This document shows positions 51,864 to 63,968 of a DNA stretch of 64,000 nucleotides, one piece after another. The position numbers and the translations under genes are program-made. Below the pieces are notes generated by a model. That model was not told where the DNA came from, did no database searches, and worked only from the letters and a program-made list of their open reading frames with translations. Each line of letters starts with the position of its first letter. Position 1 is the first letter of the stretch. This stretch comes from Bigelowiella natans CCMP2755 (Eukaryota > Protista > Cercozoa), in the NCBI GenBank assembly GCA_000320545.1, contig ADNK01001114.1, positions 2,029-66,028 on the forward strand. The letters are read 5' to 3'.

Positions 51864-52956
51864 CTCGAGAAAAATCTGACGACATGATCTAGAGATGGCA
51901 ACGTACAAGCTAGCAAGTCTAGAGCATCTCCTGCGCATTGTCATCTTAACTCCATAGGCTTAGCTAGTTAGCTAGCTAGTAGATTCTAGGCTTCTTCGCA
52001 TTCGATGTCTAGGTCTGTCTAGCTAGCTAGGTGTGCCAAGCTAGCAAGATGTGCTCGGCTGTGAGATGCTAGGATGCAGCAGCTACACTAGTATGTACTT
52101 AATCTGCCAGACGTACTAGCGTAGTAACTATGATTTCTAGATTTGGCCGAACTAGCGAACGATGTGACGCATTCTGTCTAGCTGTGCTCAACAAACAGCA
52201 AGAGCGATATGTTCGTCCTCAAGCTCACGTGCGGCGCATAGCTAGATAGCTAGATAGCTAGATAGGACATGTAGATGTGCCGCACTCTAGCACCCCTAGA
52301 CTCACAGCACACATCTAGGTAGCTAGACATGCATCTAGCAGGCTGTCTAGCTGTTGTTCCACAGTGATCTAAGGTAGTCTTTGAAGCAAACAAAAGTATG
52401 CTAGTATAAACGTAGCATGACAGTAGTTCTAGCTAGCTAGCCATAGCTAGCACAGTGCTAGAGTGGCTATAAGTAATCCCAAGTAGAATGTAGAGAATAC
52501 GCAACGCGTGGGCATTTGGCGGCTACATACGACGCCCATTCTAGCACTAGATGAATGTAATGAATAGATTTACTAGTTTACTACGAATGTGCAGCATCTA
52601 TTCATCAGCGCTCTGATAAGGATGACACTGCACAACAGTCTGCGGCTCCTAATCAAGGCGCATCTTTTAAGGGGAGGGACACCGCGTCGTTCTCCGCGTC
52701 CAATGCTGTGGATTATGGTAAAGAACAAGAAAAGGATGAGATCTGAACCTCCTCGTGCGAAGATGGCTACTATTCCTACTGCGTATTACTACGTGGAGAA
52801 ACCCCTCCCCCCTTTCACACACACACACACACACACACGCACACACACCTTTAAGTCGGACGCAGCCCAAGAGCTTCTCCGGCATCTACAAACGTAAGAG
52901 TGAATTGAATGAATGGATTTTGGGGGGGGGGGGCTGGGGATTCAATGAGATATCAT

Positions 52957-52991
<35 letters not shown>

Positions 52992-53200
52992 TATATAATT
53001 ATGGAGTGAGCACCTCGTCATCTGTGTCGCACTGCACAACGAAGCCGATATCCAGGGTGAGCTGCTTCAATAACGAGCGGAATTGGTACATTCCTTGCCT
53101 GTCAAAAGGTGGTGGAAAGGGGGGGAGGGAGAGGGGGAGGGGGAGGGGGTAAGACGACGATATTGACTTGAAGAGCTAACAAGATAGGCTGGCGCACACA

Positions 53201-53239
<39 letters not shown>

Positions 53240-53329
53240 GTTTTTGTGTGTGTGTTTGCGTTTTGTATATACAACGAGTCCCGTGTCGCTAGCAACAACA
53301 ATTGCTCCAACCGAAGAAATAGTAGTAGC

Positions 53330-53360
<31 letters not shown>

Positions 53361-54036
53361 ATGTGAACATAGAAGTAGTAGTAGTAGGAGGAGGAGGAGT
53401 ACCTCGAGACGTAATTGAATCGATGGATATCCACATTCACCTCGAAGTGGGAGGAGCCTTTATAATAGCTCTTGCAGTTGCGCGACAGGAACGGCTTTGC
53501 GTTGTATTTCTGCATGGAGGAGGGCGGGAAGGATGGGGGGGGGGGGGGATGTAGAAAAGGTGGACAACCCATTGCGGTGTTCACAATAAAATCATTTGTT
53601 TGCTTTCATCATGGATTATTAGCAGTGGTAAGTAAGTCAGTGAGTGAGTAGCACCTGTACATATCCTCGGAGTACCCACCCAATTTGTAGCTCATCACTA
53701 TTGGCAAGCCTCACCTGTGTTTTCGAACGGCGACGACGGCGAGGAGGAAGAGGAGGAGGAGGGAGGGGGGAGGGGGAGAGGGCAGGACGGCGACAATGAA
53801 GAGAAGGTATATATAGAGCAACACACACTCTGCTGCGGTGTGATTGCGTGTTAAAAATATCATTCTTATCTCCTCGTTGTTCTGTCACAGTCATTTCATC
53901 ACCATATTCTTCCACTGATGAGGGCCACGGTCAGCGTCCGATATGGTGAGGGGCTGTTGTTTGTTTGTGGGGGTATTCATTTGATTATTTATTTATGTGT
54001 ACCACGATCGATTATGGTGAGAAGAGAAGAAGGGTT

Positions 54037-54067
<31 letters not shown>

Positions 54068-54321
54068 ATAATGATGATGATGGAGAAGCTGAAGATGCTA
54101 CGACGAGTGATCCCGAGGAAAGGGAGGGGGGGAGGGAAATTGAGTTGCTATTGCGCGGTGTTGGTAGTAGTGGTAGTAGTAGTAGTAGCAGTATTTGTGG
54201 TAGTATTCACTGATAACCTCACGAAGAAACTTCTTCATAACTTTTGCACATCCCTTGCCTTCTTTGGCTGCTTCTTCCCCCTTTTGGACGATGAGGGGCA
54301 GAATGAGAGACGCACCACTTG

Positions 54322-54356
<35 letters not shown>

Positions 54357-54570
54357 AGAATCTCCATCTCTCTCTTCTTCCCACTTTTCCTTCCCCCCCC
54401 CTCCCCCAGCCTCCCGCTGCTCACCCTCTTATTCAGTTTGAAGTAGAAACAAATGGCAACTCCCTCGCCGTCCTGTACACTTGCTGTCGATCGAAAGGAC
54501 GAGGATTATGGGAGGGAGGGAAGGGAGGGAGAGGTGATTATGATAATATTTCGCGCGATGTCTCACAATA

Positions 54571-54610
<40 letters not shown>

Positions 54611-54695
54611 TTATTCTACGGAGGGGAAAAGGCTATAGCACAATCTACTCACGCACGGCACTCAGTACAATTGCTAGCACTACACACGCATACAG

Positions 54696-54736
<41 letters not shown>

Positions 54737-55554
54737 CAAGGACGGAGGGCGCATAGTCAGGGATTTGCAGCACGACGACCCATATTCGCGGAAGGCCATG
54801 ATACCAGCCATCTTGATGATGATGATGATGATCATGGTGTTTGTATCCATCCATTATATGCGGTGAGGAGGAGGAGACAGACGAAGAAGAAGAAGAAGAA
54901 GAGGAAGAGGGGGAGGAGGGAGATCACGGAATCATGGGATGTGTTTCAATATTGAAATATATGCTTGGTAAGGCACCAAAGACAGCACTGATGATTTAGA
55001 CTCAAGTAATCACATCAGAGATGCCTTCTCGGCACTGTTTCCCCACCCCCATCCGCACCCAGTAGCAGTAGCATTAGTATTCATAAGATTAGCAGCAGCA
55101 GCAGCAGTAACAACAACAACAAGAGAGCACCCCACCTTCTCCAGGCTGAATGAGCTCTGACATATCGACTTTATTGCCGATGTTAGAAACATACTTCTTC
55201 TCTTTGGAGCGGAAGGTGTCCACTGCTGCAATGTCGTAGAACGACCCGACAGAGGGTTTTTTGAAGCCGTTTCGTCTATAATCAGGGCCGCACCGCAGCT
55301 TGAAGGTCGAAGGCTCGATCGGCTCCCACTTGCGCTGAGAGCAAGGAATAACGGGGGGTGTCATGATAAGTATTGATGATAATGATGATGATGATGATGA
55401 TGATGATTGGAAGGAGGGGGAGGAGGAGGAGGAGGAGGAGGAGGAGGAGGAGATGGGTGGTGATGATTCTTCCTTTTTCATGTATAAAAATCCTCATTTT
55501 CGAGTTTCAACTGCCACCATTTTTGTTCCCTGCATATGCGCGCGTGCGTGTCTT

Positions 55555-55586
<32 letters not shown>

Positions 55587-55779
55587 TTTCTGGTATGTAG
55601 ACTACGATAGATCTCCTGGAAGTGGTGATGCCTGCAATGATACGTCCTGTGCCCAACAGAGCGCGGTCCATCCCCAGCATCGACTCGGAACGATTCCTGA
55701 GGAGGGGGGGGGGGAGGAGCAGGTAGGTGCCTTTATGTGCGTGTGTGTAGAAGAAAGAGATGGAGAGAAAGATAGATAG

Positions 55780-55828
<49 letters not shown>

Positions 55829-56317
55829 GAGAACACCACACTGTGTTTGCGTCACAGCATACTCGATGTATAACATATCAATTCTGAAAAGACAATTAAC
55901 CCTTTGGAGGCCTTAGTCTCCTTCTTCGAGCGGCGTCTCGTAAGTGATGCCACGCTGTTATGCTAAGTGTTGGAGGGCAGATGAAGCAGACACACGCGCA
56001 TATGAATGTAACATATATACACATATAGACTGCTGTGTACACATAGACTGCAATGCATATCCTCCTCAAATAGCATCACTAACACTACTCGAGCACTAAA
56101 TAACCCATCGTTTGTCTGACGGCATCATCATCATCATCATCATCATCAATTATTATTGGTCATCAGTGTCATCATCATGGATGATTACGTCGTCATCGTC
56201 CGAGCCTATAGGCAGTCCGTTGATCTCGAGTGTCAGCCTCACCACATCGCCATTCGCTAAAGAGGAGGAGGAGGAGGAGGAGGAGGAGGAGGAGGAGGAG
56301 GAGGCCGCAACAATAGC

Positions 56318-56348
<31 letters not shown>

Positions 56349-57652
56349 ACAACAACAACAGCAGCAGCTGCAGAAGTAATGTGTAGAGAAAGCAGCTTAG
56401 AAGGAGGTCTCCTCACTATCTCCTCACAGCCACTTCTCGCAATGTACGATGATGACGATGATGATGATGATGATGGCGATGATGGTGATGATGATGATGA
56501 TGGTATCAAGTCGAGCGTCGTATGTGCTAATAAACTTCTTGCACGTGTGTGCGTGCGTGTGTGTGTTTGTGTGTGCATGTGCTACCCAAAGGATGAGGCA
56601 GCACCGTCATTTGGACGCCCACAAACTACCGGACGTAAGTAGCAGCACACACAACACAGAAAAGAAGAGGAAGAGCAGATGCAACCACTGACACATTTGG
56701 CCAAAGATATAACAATAGCCGCTGCGTATGAATGAGGAAGAGAAGGAAAGCAACACCATTGCCCGGGTCTATTCCAAAGCCGCTCGCTCATTGTTATCAC
56801 GACATCTCCTCCTCCTCCTCCTCCCTCCCCCCCCCCCCCCCTCCCCTCCCCTCTCTGTGGCACCATCAGACCTCCTCGTCGTCGCTCTCATCGAGCAGCT
56901 TCACTGGCGTTGTTAGCAGAGACGCGGAAGAAGCAGCAGCTTTTGCGTCTCTTCTTTCTCTTCCTGAGGCCTTCAAACTCCCCATGTTCCGTCGCTTTCC
57001 TATCCTATCGTCGCTTGCCCCTCCGCCGTAGCCTCGGTGAAGCTCGTCGCCGTCCTCCTCCACATCATCCTGCAAGGAGCTTGGGATCTTTGGCCGCATC
57101 CTGGATATATGTGCTAAGCCTGGCGGCTGTTTTGGGAAGAGAGTAGAGTAGAAGAGGACAGAGAAAGAGAGAGAGAGAGGGGGGGGGGGAGAGAGAAACA
57201 TGTATCGTGATGATTATGATGATAACGGCACAAAATCAGCATCTTTGTCCACGACAACAACAACATCAACCATGGAGAAAGAAGAAGAAGAAGAAGAAGA
57301 AGAAGAAGAAGCAGCACAAGGGGGCGGAGAACGTACTTCCTTGGTGTTTGAACCATGTAAAATGAAAGAAAGAAGAGGTCAAAAGGAAGGGATATATCAT
57401 AGCATCAGCAGTAGCAGCATGAGCAGCATGCATATAGAACAAACGGAGGACGAGGAGAGGAGGAAACGCAGGTCGATATCGGAAAAAGACAACACATCTT
57501 TCTTCTCCTTCTTCTTCTTCTTCTTCTCGTTGTTGTGTTTCTTCTTGTTGCTAACCGTGGGCCGATGACGATACACCGAAGACAGAGTGCCGCTCCTCCT
57601 ATGGAGACGGTACAGTGCTTCCACGTCGACCTTCACACACACACACACACAC

Positions 57653-57689
<37 letters not shown>

Positions 57690-57759
57690 ATACGATAGTA
57701 ATGATGATGGTGAATACATAGCAATTTAAAGAGAGCGATTCTGACATGCAGTAGGTGGG

Positions 57760-57799
<40 letters not shown>

Positions 57800-57987
57800 T
57801 GACGATGGATGAATCGATCTCCAACTGCCAATCAGCAGTGAGTGTGAGTGAGTAAGTAGTCGTAGTAGAGGTAGTAGTTGCGCATAATAGTTTCTCTTCT
57901 CTCTTCATATGCACGCACGTGGAAATGGAGGGAGAGAGGGCCCTCCGTGAAACAGAGCAGCCAGCAGATGGTCAGAAGAAACCTATT

Positions 57988-58027
<40 letters not shown>

Positions 58028-58085
58028 GTGAATATAATATTTAATTTAACGTATATCCATAGATTTCTCTTCCCCCCCTCCTCCC

Positions 58086-58143
<58 letters not shown>

Positions 58144-59540
58144 TGTGTGTCCGTCTCTCCATAAATTATACTGACGTCAAAAGTATGGCCAACTGCAGCG
58201 ACGAGGATCCATTCGCTACAAGTGTGAGTAGAATGGATATGGAAGAAGTAGCCATGAAGGCACCCCGGCCTTGAAGAGGGAACATTCTGACGAGATAATA
58301 GGAGGAGAGGGGAGGGGTTGGGAGGACCAAAAACAGAAAAGGAGTGGAAATTCTTTTTCAGATTTACTGATGATGATGATGAGGAGGAGGAGGGGGGGGG
58401 GCAGCTGCAGGCGTATGGTCCGATGCAGTAATAATCTCTAATTTAACTCGCACAGCTAGTACAGATCATTTTCGTCACTAATATCATCAATCAATCATCA
58501 ATCAATCATCATAACAAGTTATCCTCCCACTCACAGGGTGGGAGATTGAGCTCTGCCCTCCCTCGCTGGCCTGTGGATCGCGCGGGTGCGGGGCGTTCTG
58601 GTGGGAGGGGGGAATAAAAGGACGGAGGGATCGAGGATGCTCTCAGTGTGTGATAATGGGATCATCATCCAGGCAAGAAGAAAAGAACTCGAAGGACTTT
58701 AAGTAGTTTTCAGGGTTGAGATATTATTATCGTGCTTCTTAACAATAACAGAGGCGTGGTGGTATGCTGCTACTAATCCAAGATAATACGCTAGTTTTCG
58801 ACTCTTTCTTCCTCCCTCTCGTCTCCTTATGCCGTCCTCACCTAGCATTGCTTTGATCATCATCGTCATCTTCATCATAATCATCATCATCCGCAAATAG
58901 AGGGAGGCTGGTGCGTGGGCCGCTTTTCTTCCCTGACAGGGGCCATGGCTTGTCGTCGTCCGACTGCTGCGAATCTAACCTGCGGGGGGGGGCAGAACCC
59001 AACGGCCTCCGCTCATGGTGTAGAGCTACCGATCCTCTTTTACTCTGCAAGCAAAGCAGCGGTACGGTGAAAGGAAGAAAACAAAACGACGACTCATTGC
59101 ATGCGTGGGAGTTTGTCTGCCGCCATAATTCCCCTCCCCTCCCCCTCGTCCCCCTTCTCTACCCAAAAAAAAACAGAAAAAGATGCGCCATACCCGTAGT
59201 GTTTCCGTCGTCGTAGCTGCTGCTGCCGCCGCTTTCCGCCTACTTTCCACCTTCGGCAGCGCCTCCACCTGATGCTTCTTCTCGTGGAGTGTAGACCGTG
59301 ATGACGGTAGTGTTTGTATCTTCTGAATACGCGTTCCCCCCCCGAGGCCAATGGGGAGGGAGGAGCGGGTATCTAACAACTGCGACTTGGCTCTTCCTCC
59401 GATTTGAGACGGCTGCTCGGCCAGCCGCACAATATCCGGCTCCGATTTGTGAGTGGTGGTAATACCATGAGTCACTCCCCCACCCGCTTTGTGCTCAAAA
59501 TATCTGGACAGAGAAGATGGTAGGGAGGGGGGGGGGAGGA
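48260..59540. repeat. Dense microsatellite field, (TA)n, (CA)n, (GA)n, (CAT)n, (GAA)n, in introns of two convergent genes
   Basis: Numerous perfect di- and trinucleotide runs, e.g. (TA)n 48264-48296, (CAT)n 50155-50210, (GA)n 55783-55816, (CT)n(GT)n 58090-58150. Confidence 0.95.
51885..52580. repeat. CTAG/AGCT-rich low-complexity tract in a convergent intergenic spacer
   Basis: More than 30 CTAG tetramers counted by eye in ~700 bp, including (AGCT)n and (TAGA/TAGC)n runs. Confidence 0.85.
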
Positions 59541-60165
59541 GATGTTATTCGAGTTGGATGGATTACTACTACTTTGGGCATGATGATTAATCTCCAGAGA
59601 TGAATGATAATGCAAAAAATATTGAAATAGAGACTGGCCAAAATACCCTTTATCAGCTGTGCTCCCCAATTTGATTGCCAGAGTTGTGAAATGAGCTACA
59701 ATCCACTTGCGCCGAGTCTTCGGATCGTCAAATTTTGGCATTTCCTGGAGACATAACAGGGCTAAGAAACTGATAACGGTTTACAAGAAAGGTGTTCCTT
59801 GTCTCTTCTTCTCTCTACTAAGAACACGCGCGGGTAATAACAAGACGGGATAGCGATAGTTGGTGCCAGAGGAAGAATACCTTTTCGAGCTCATGTATGC
59901 AGTAATGCCATTCGTTGTTTCGAATATCCTCTAAGTTGTCGCTGTAGGCGACGTCGTAGTTGTGGTTTCCGAGATTCCGCGTGACGATACGGTAGGTAGG
60001 ACGATCTTGGTGCATGCCTATGAACCCAAATCCAAGAAGAGGCGCCTTCTTCCGTTGCAGTGAGAAGTATTTGCGTTTCTCCATCGACTTATACTCGGAG
60101 AGGTACTTGTTCATGTACACGCCATGAGACATCTTTGTCCTTTTTAGTGGTATGACGAACGGCAT
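52653..60165 (-). CDS. Fusion protein: TBC1D8/TBC1D9-like N-terminal domain + low-complexity linker + hydrophobic hairpin + EDR2_C (DUF1336) domain; many small exons
   Basis: C-terminus: WEPIEPSTFKLRCGPDYRRNGFKKPS...YDIAAVDTF; YNAKPFL...YYKGSSHFEVNVDIHRF; LDIGFVVQCDTDDE|MPEKLLGCVRL (DUF1336). N-terminus: FVIP...KYFSLQRKK...TYRIV...VAYSDNLEDIRNNEWHY...KFDD. Exons between ~56150 and ~57350 are only partly resolved, so a two-gene model is not fully excluded. Confidence 0.72.
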
Positions 60166-60897
60166 CTTTTAAGTACCCTGGTAGGATCCCCGCGTGGGAG
60201 ACAGCTGGCGCCGGAAGAGCTCAATTGTGATTCCTGCAGAGATGTAGGTGTCTCTAATGTGGTCGAAAGGCCGTTCGAATGGGAACACAATTGTCCTCTC
60301 AAGTTAACCAAAATCACGTACATTTGGAATCTCATATTTCAATGTAGAAAGAGTAAGAGTCGAGGGCACTGCATGCTCCCCCATTTACTCCTTCCCTGAT
60401 CTTTCTCTCCTTCTCTCCTCGCTCTTTCTATCATCACTCATATATGCATTGAGCGTAAAATCAGAATATTGTGTACCCCAACCTAGTTCCCTGAACCCCA
60501 GCCTCTCTCTCTCTTTCTCTCCCTCTCTGTCTCTCTCATTTTCTCTATCTGTGCCGCCCCCACCCCTTTCCGAGCCCCTATCTTCCTACTTACCGCCAGA
60601 TATGATGTTTCCTGAGCTACAGAGCCTGACGTATTCTAGAAACGTCCTGCATCGTCGATTCACCTAAAATAAAGGGAAAACGCCTTGCGTTATGGCACTG
60701 CGGCATATTTTCCGGCCCCGAGTGAGCATCCGAAATTCCCGGACTACTTTCAGAACAGTTCCGAGTGGAGATATTTCACGATATTTTTCATGCGACAAAA
60801 ACGCTGGTGGTTTTCGGTCGACGACATAGATAATTTGACAAAGTATCGTTGTTTTCGGTCTAATTCCTTCTCCCAAGGTTTCAGAGATGGAACCTGG
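60166..60897. promoter_or_regulatory. Putative bidirectional promoter between the DUF1336 gene and POLK
   Basis: About 730 bp between divergent starts, with a CT-rich tract and TTTTCCG/GAAATT motifs. Confidence 0.5.
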
Positions 60898-62060
60898 ATG
60901 CTGCTGTGGCTCCTGTGCTGCCTCGTGTCATCGCCCCCACCACCCTCTCAACGTCTACGTCCCTCCCGATCACGCGGCAGCCCATGTGCCAGTGAGGATA
61001 GCGGCTCTGGGTCTTCTTCCACTCTCGATTCGGAGCTTTTGAGACTCTACACAGATGCAGTGAGTGCGTACAGGGGTAGGAGTAGCAGTAGCAGTAGCAA
61101 ACCAGGTATCTCTCGGAGCCTCGACGTCGCCAACGTGTCAGCCACTACCGCAGAGGCTGCCCCAATCAGCTTGGATGCAGCTTCCGTGCTAAGAGGCCGC
61201 ATTGCTGGAGATACGTTCGTCAATAAAAAGGTATTTTTTATCGGAGAAAAGGTAGCGGCAAGAGATGAAGACGAGAGCTGTGTCCCCGGCGACATGCGAC
61301 TCGTTGACCGCGTCAGTAGTAACCGGGTAATTTTAGTGAGATTATCAAACACTACCATTCAATTAGGCTGGCATGGAGAACGTGAACTCGACCTATGTAG
61401 CAGCCGTTGTCGATCAAATGACGAAGGGCTCTCCCTTCTACAAGGTCTGTATGAGGCCGCAGCAGAGCCAATGAAGCAGCATGCCGTTGTTGCATCCATG
61501 CTCTACTGACAACCACACAACTTTCCTCGTCTTGTCTTCGTTTTGTTCTGAAACCCAGAATGAGCTCAAGCGCGCCGAGGCCCATGAAAGAAGGCTCGCC
61601 CGCGCCCTTGGAAGTATGTAGACGGGAAGAAAGCACGTGTTGCCATTTCTGAACACTTACGTTATTTGCGAACAGGAATCAACGCTTTAGAGGAGGCTGA
61701 TTGGAGACGCATTCGAGCTGAAGTGGACATTGCTGCTCAGCAGTAAGATTTCGTGCAATGCTTTTGATGAATGGTGTGACGAACATTTGACACCGACGGG
61801 TGGTGGCTGTGTTGATATTATTGTCCGCAGTTTGGAACAGATAAGGGAGAGCTCCTCGAGACGGTTGTTGCAAGCATTTGAGTTTTCTGTACTAACGCTC
61901 TTCTATCCCTTTTCTTCTTCTTCTTTCATTGATGATTTGTTTGGCTCTCCGCCTCTTCTCTCGTAATAACGGGCATGTGCATCTTGGCCATATCACGTTA
62001 GAATCTACGCTGTGGTTGACATGGACGCCTTTTTTGCGATGGTGATAATTTCCCTTTCAT

Positions 62061-62103
<43 letters not shown>

Positions 62104-62167
62104 AATATTTTTTCCTTACAGAATCGAGTACTTTCATTTTACAGACATATACATAATATACACATGA

Positions 62168-62223
<56 letters not shown>

Positions 62224-62686
62224 TGTATAATATGCTATTTGCCCTGCTTTGCTTATACCATCCTCCTAACGCGTGGCATGCGTCATGATCCATGGTGGTC
62301 AGGTAGAGGAAAGAGCAGACCCGACTTTGAAGGGAGTGCCGTTTGCTGTGGGAGGAAAAGCGATGCTGGCAACAGCGAATTACGCCGCCAGAAGATACGG
62401 GGTGTACTACGAATAACATCCGATTAACACAAAACATTCACTTACACTAGCAAGAAAAAGCATGATCGCTCACCTTCCTTCTGTATCTGTTGAAATGACG
62501 CATATCATAACTGTTTATGGCCATCTTCCATTGCTGCTGCTGCTGCCCTCCTGCCATCACTCTAGGTAAGATCGGCTATGCCAGGGTAAGTCGGATAAAA
62601 GTAGCAAAAACATAAAAGTTATATAAATAAATCTTAATATATATAATATATATTTATTTATTTATATAATGTTACTTTCATGTGAG

Positions 62687-62723
<37 letters not shown>

Positions 62724-63193
62724 TGATGGAAGAGTGGTGTGTGTGTGTATGTGTGTGTGTGTGTGTATCTGTCTTTGTCTATATCCCTCTTGTGCGGCTT
62801 CGTCGTAGAAGCCTACTCACAGCACCGTGACCCCACACCACACTCCCACTGCCACAACACAGATTTATCGCTTTAAAGCTCTGCCCGTCACTGAAGATCG
62901 TTCAGCCCGACTTCAGGAAGTGAGACCATAAACAACACCCACTAAATTATACCAGTAGGGGTAAGGGGGGGGGGGGGGGGAAGCTCTATCGCTGTCCTTC
63001 TCAGTTGTGCGGTGTGTGATTTGTAAGCTGACATGTTGTTATTGCTGCTGCTGCTGCATAATTAGGTATACGCAAGCTTCCCGCGAAGTGAAGGCAATTA
63101 TTAAGGAATTTGACCCCTGTTGTACAATGTGAGATCTAGATCGGAAACAATTGTGCGGATGTGTATCTCTCTCTCTTTCTCTATCTCTCTCCC

Positions 63194-63237
<44 letters not shown>

Positions 63238-63869
63238 AGGCTGTGTGCGCGAAAACAAAATTGCATACACACTTGATTCTGATCATGACCAACCTTCTAC
63301 TTACCCCTCCCCCTCAGGTACTCTCTTGACGAAGCATACATAGACTTGACCCCGTACATAATGAGGAGGCTCGCCGATAAACTTGGCGTAGACGCCTCAG
63401 CCCCGTCCCTGAGCCTCCCCCCGCCGGAGTCGCCATTCCTCGTCGAAGTAGCGGAAGAGTGTGCGCGGGAGATCCGCGAGAGAATCACAAGGAGCACCGG
63501 CGGGTTGACCGTGAGTGTCGGCGTAGCAGATACGCGGTATGTCGCTAAAATGGTGGCCGATATCAACAAGCCCAACGGTGAGTGGAGGACGACCTCATAA
63601 GGGATCATCGTGAGAGTGGGTTGAGAGAGTAGTGGTGACACCAGAAGCTGGTTGATACTAGCTGTTTGACTTCTTCTCAGCAGAATATCGCAGACCACCA
63701 GCACCATTATCGTCATCATCGATTTCACATCTCGAGCTGTTGTATGCAGAGGGGCTCACTCCTTCTCTTGAATTTGGAAGCTTAAACACACACTAGGCTG
63801 CATTTTCCCATTATGCAGGTCAAATGGTGGTGCCCTTCGACAGCACGCTCGAATACGTTCATCGCCAGG
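60898..63869 (+). CDS. POLK: DNA polymerase kappa (Y-family, DinB-like), 5' part; continues beyond the right edge
   Basis: N-clasp NKK|AGMENVN...MTKGSPFYK|NELKR; VVDMDAFFAM|VEERADPTLKGVPFAVGGKAMLATANYAARRYG|VRSAMPG|FIALKLCPSL; SLDEAYIDLT; LTVSVGVA...AKMVADINKPNG|Q. Confidence 0.95.
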
Positions 63870-63914
63870 TCCTCAATGCCTTCAATGTTATGATTGCTAC
63901 CAAACGTTTATGCA

Positions 63915-63968
<54 letters not shown>

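Noticed and set aside
53918-54955. 345-aa + strand ORF, and similar antisense ORFs such as 3773-4603 and 22518-23291
   Set aside because: These are antisense shadows of real exons plus stop-free microsatellites, with poly-V/L/YI/HT translations.
57560-57632. PH-domain-like reading STWKHCTVSIGG
   Set aside because: Flanking exon phases favour the other frame (VDVEALYRLH), and no further PH motifs were found.
85-63869. Functional DNA-repair cluster (PRKDC + POLK)
   Set aside because: The genes are 51 kb apart with 14 unrelated genes between them; there is no evidence of clustering.
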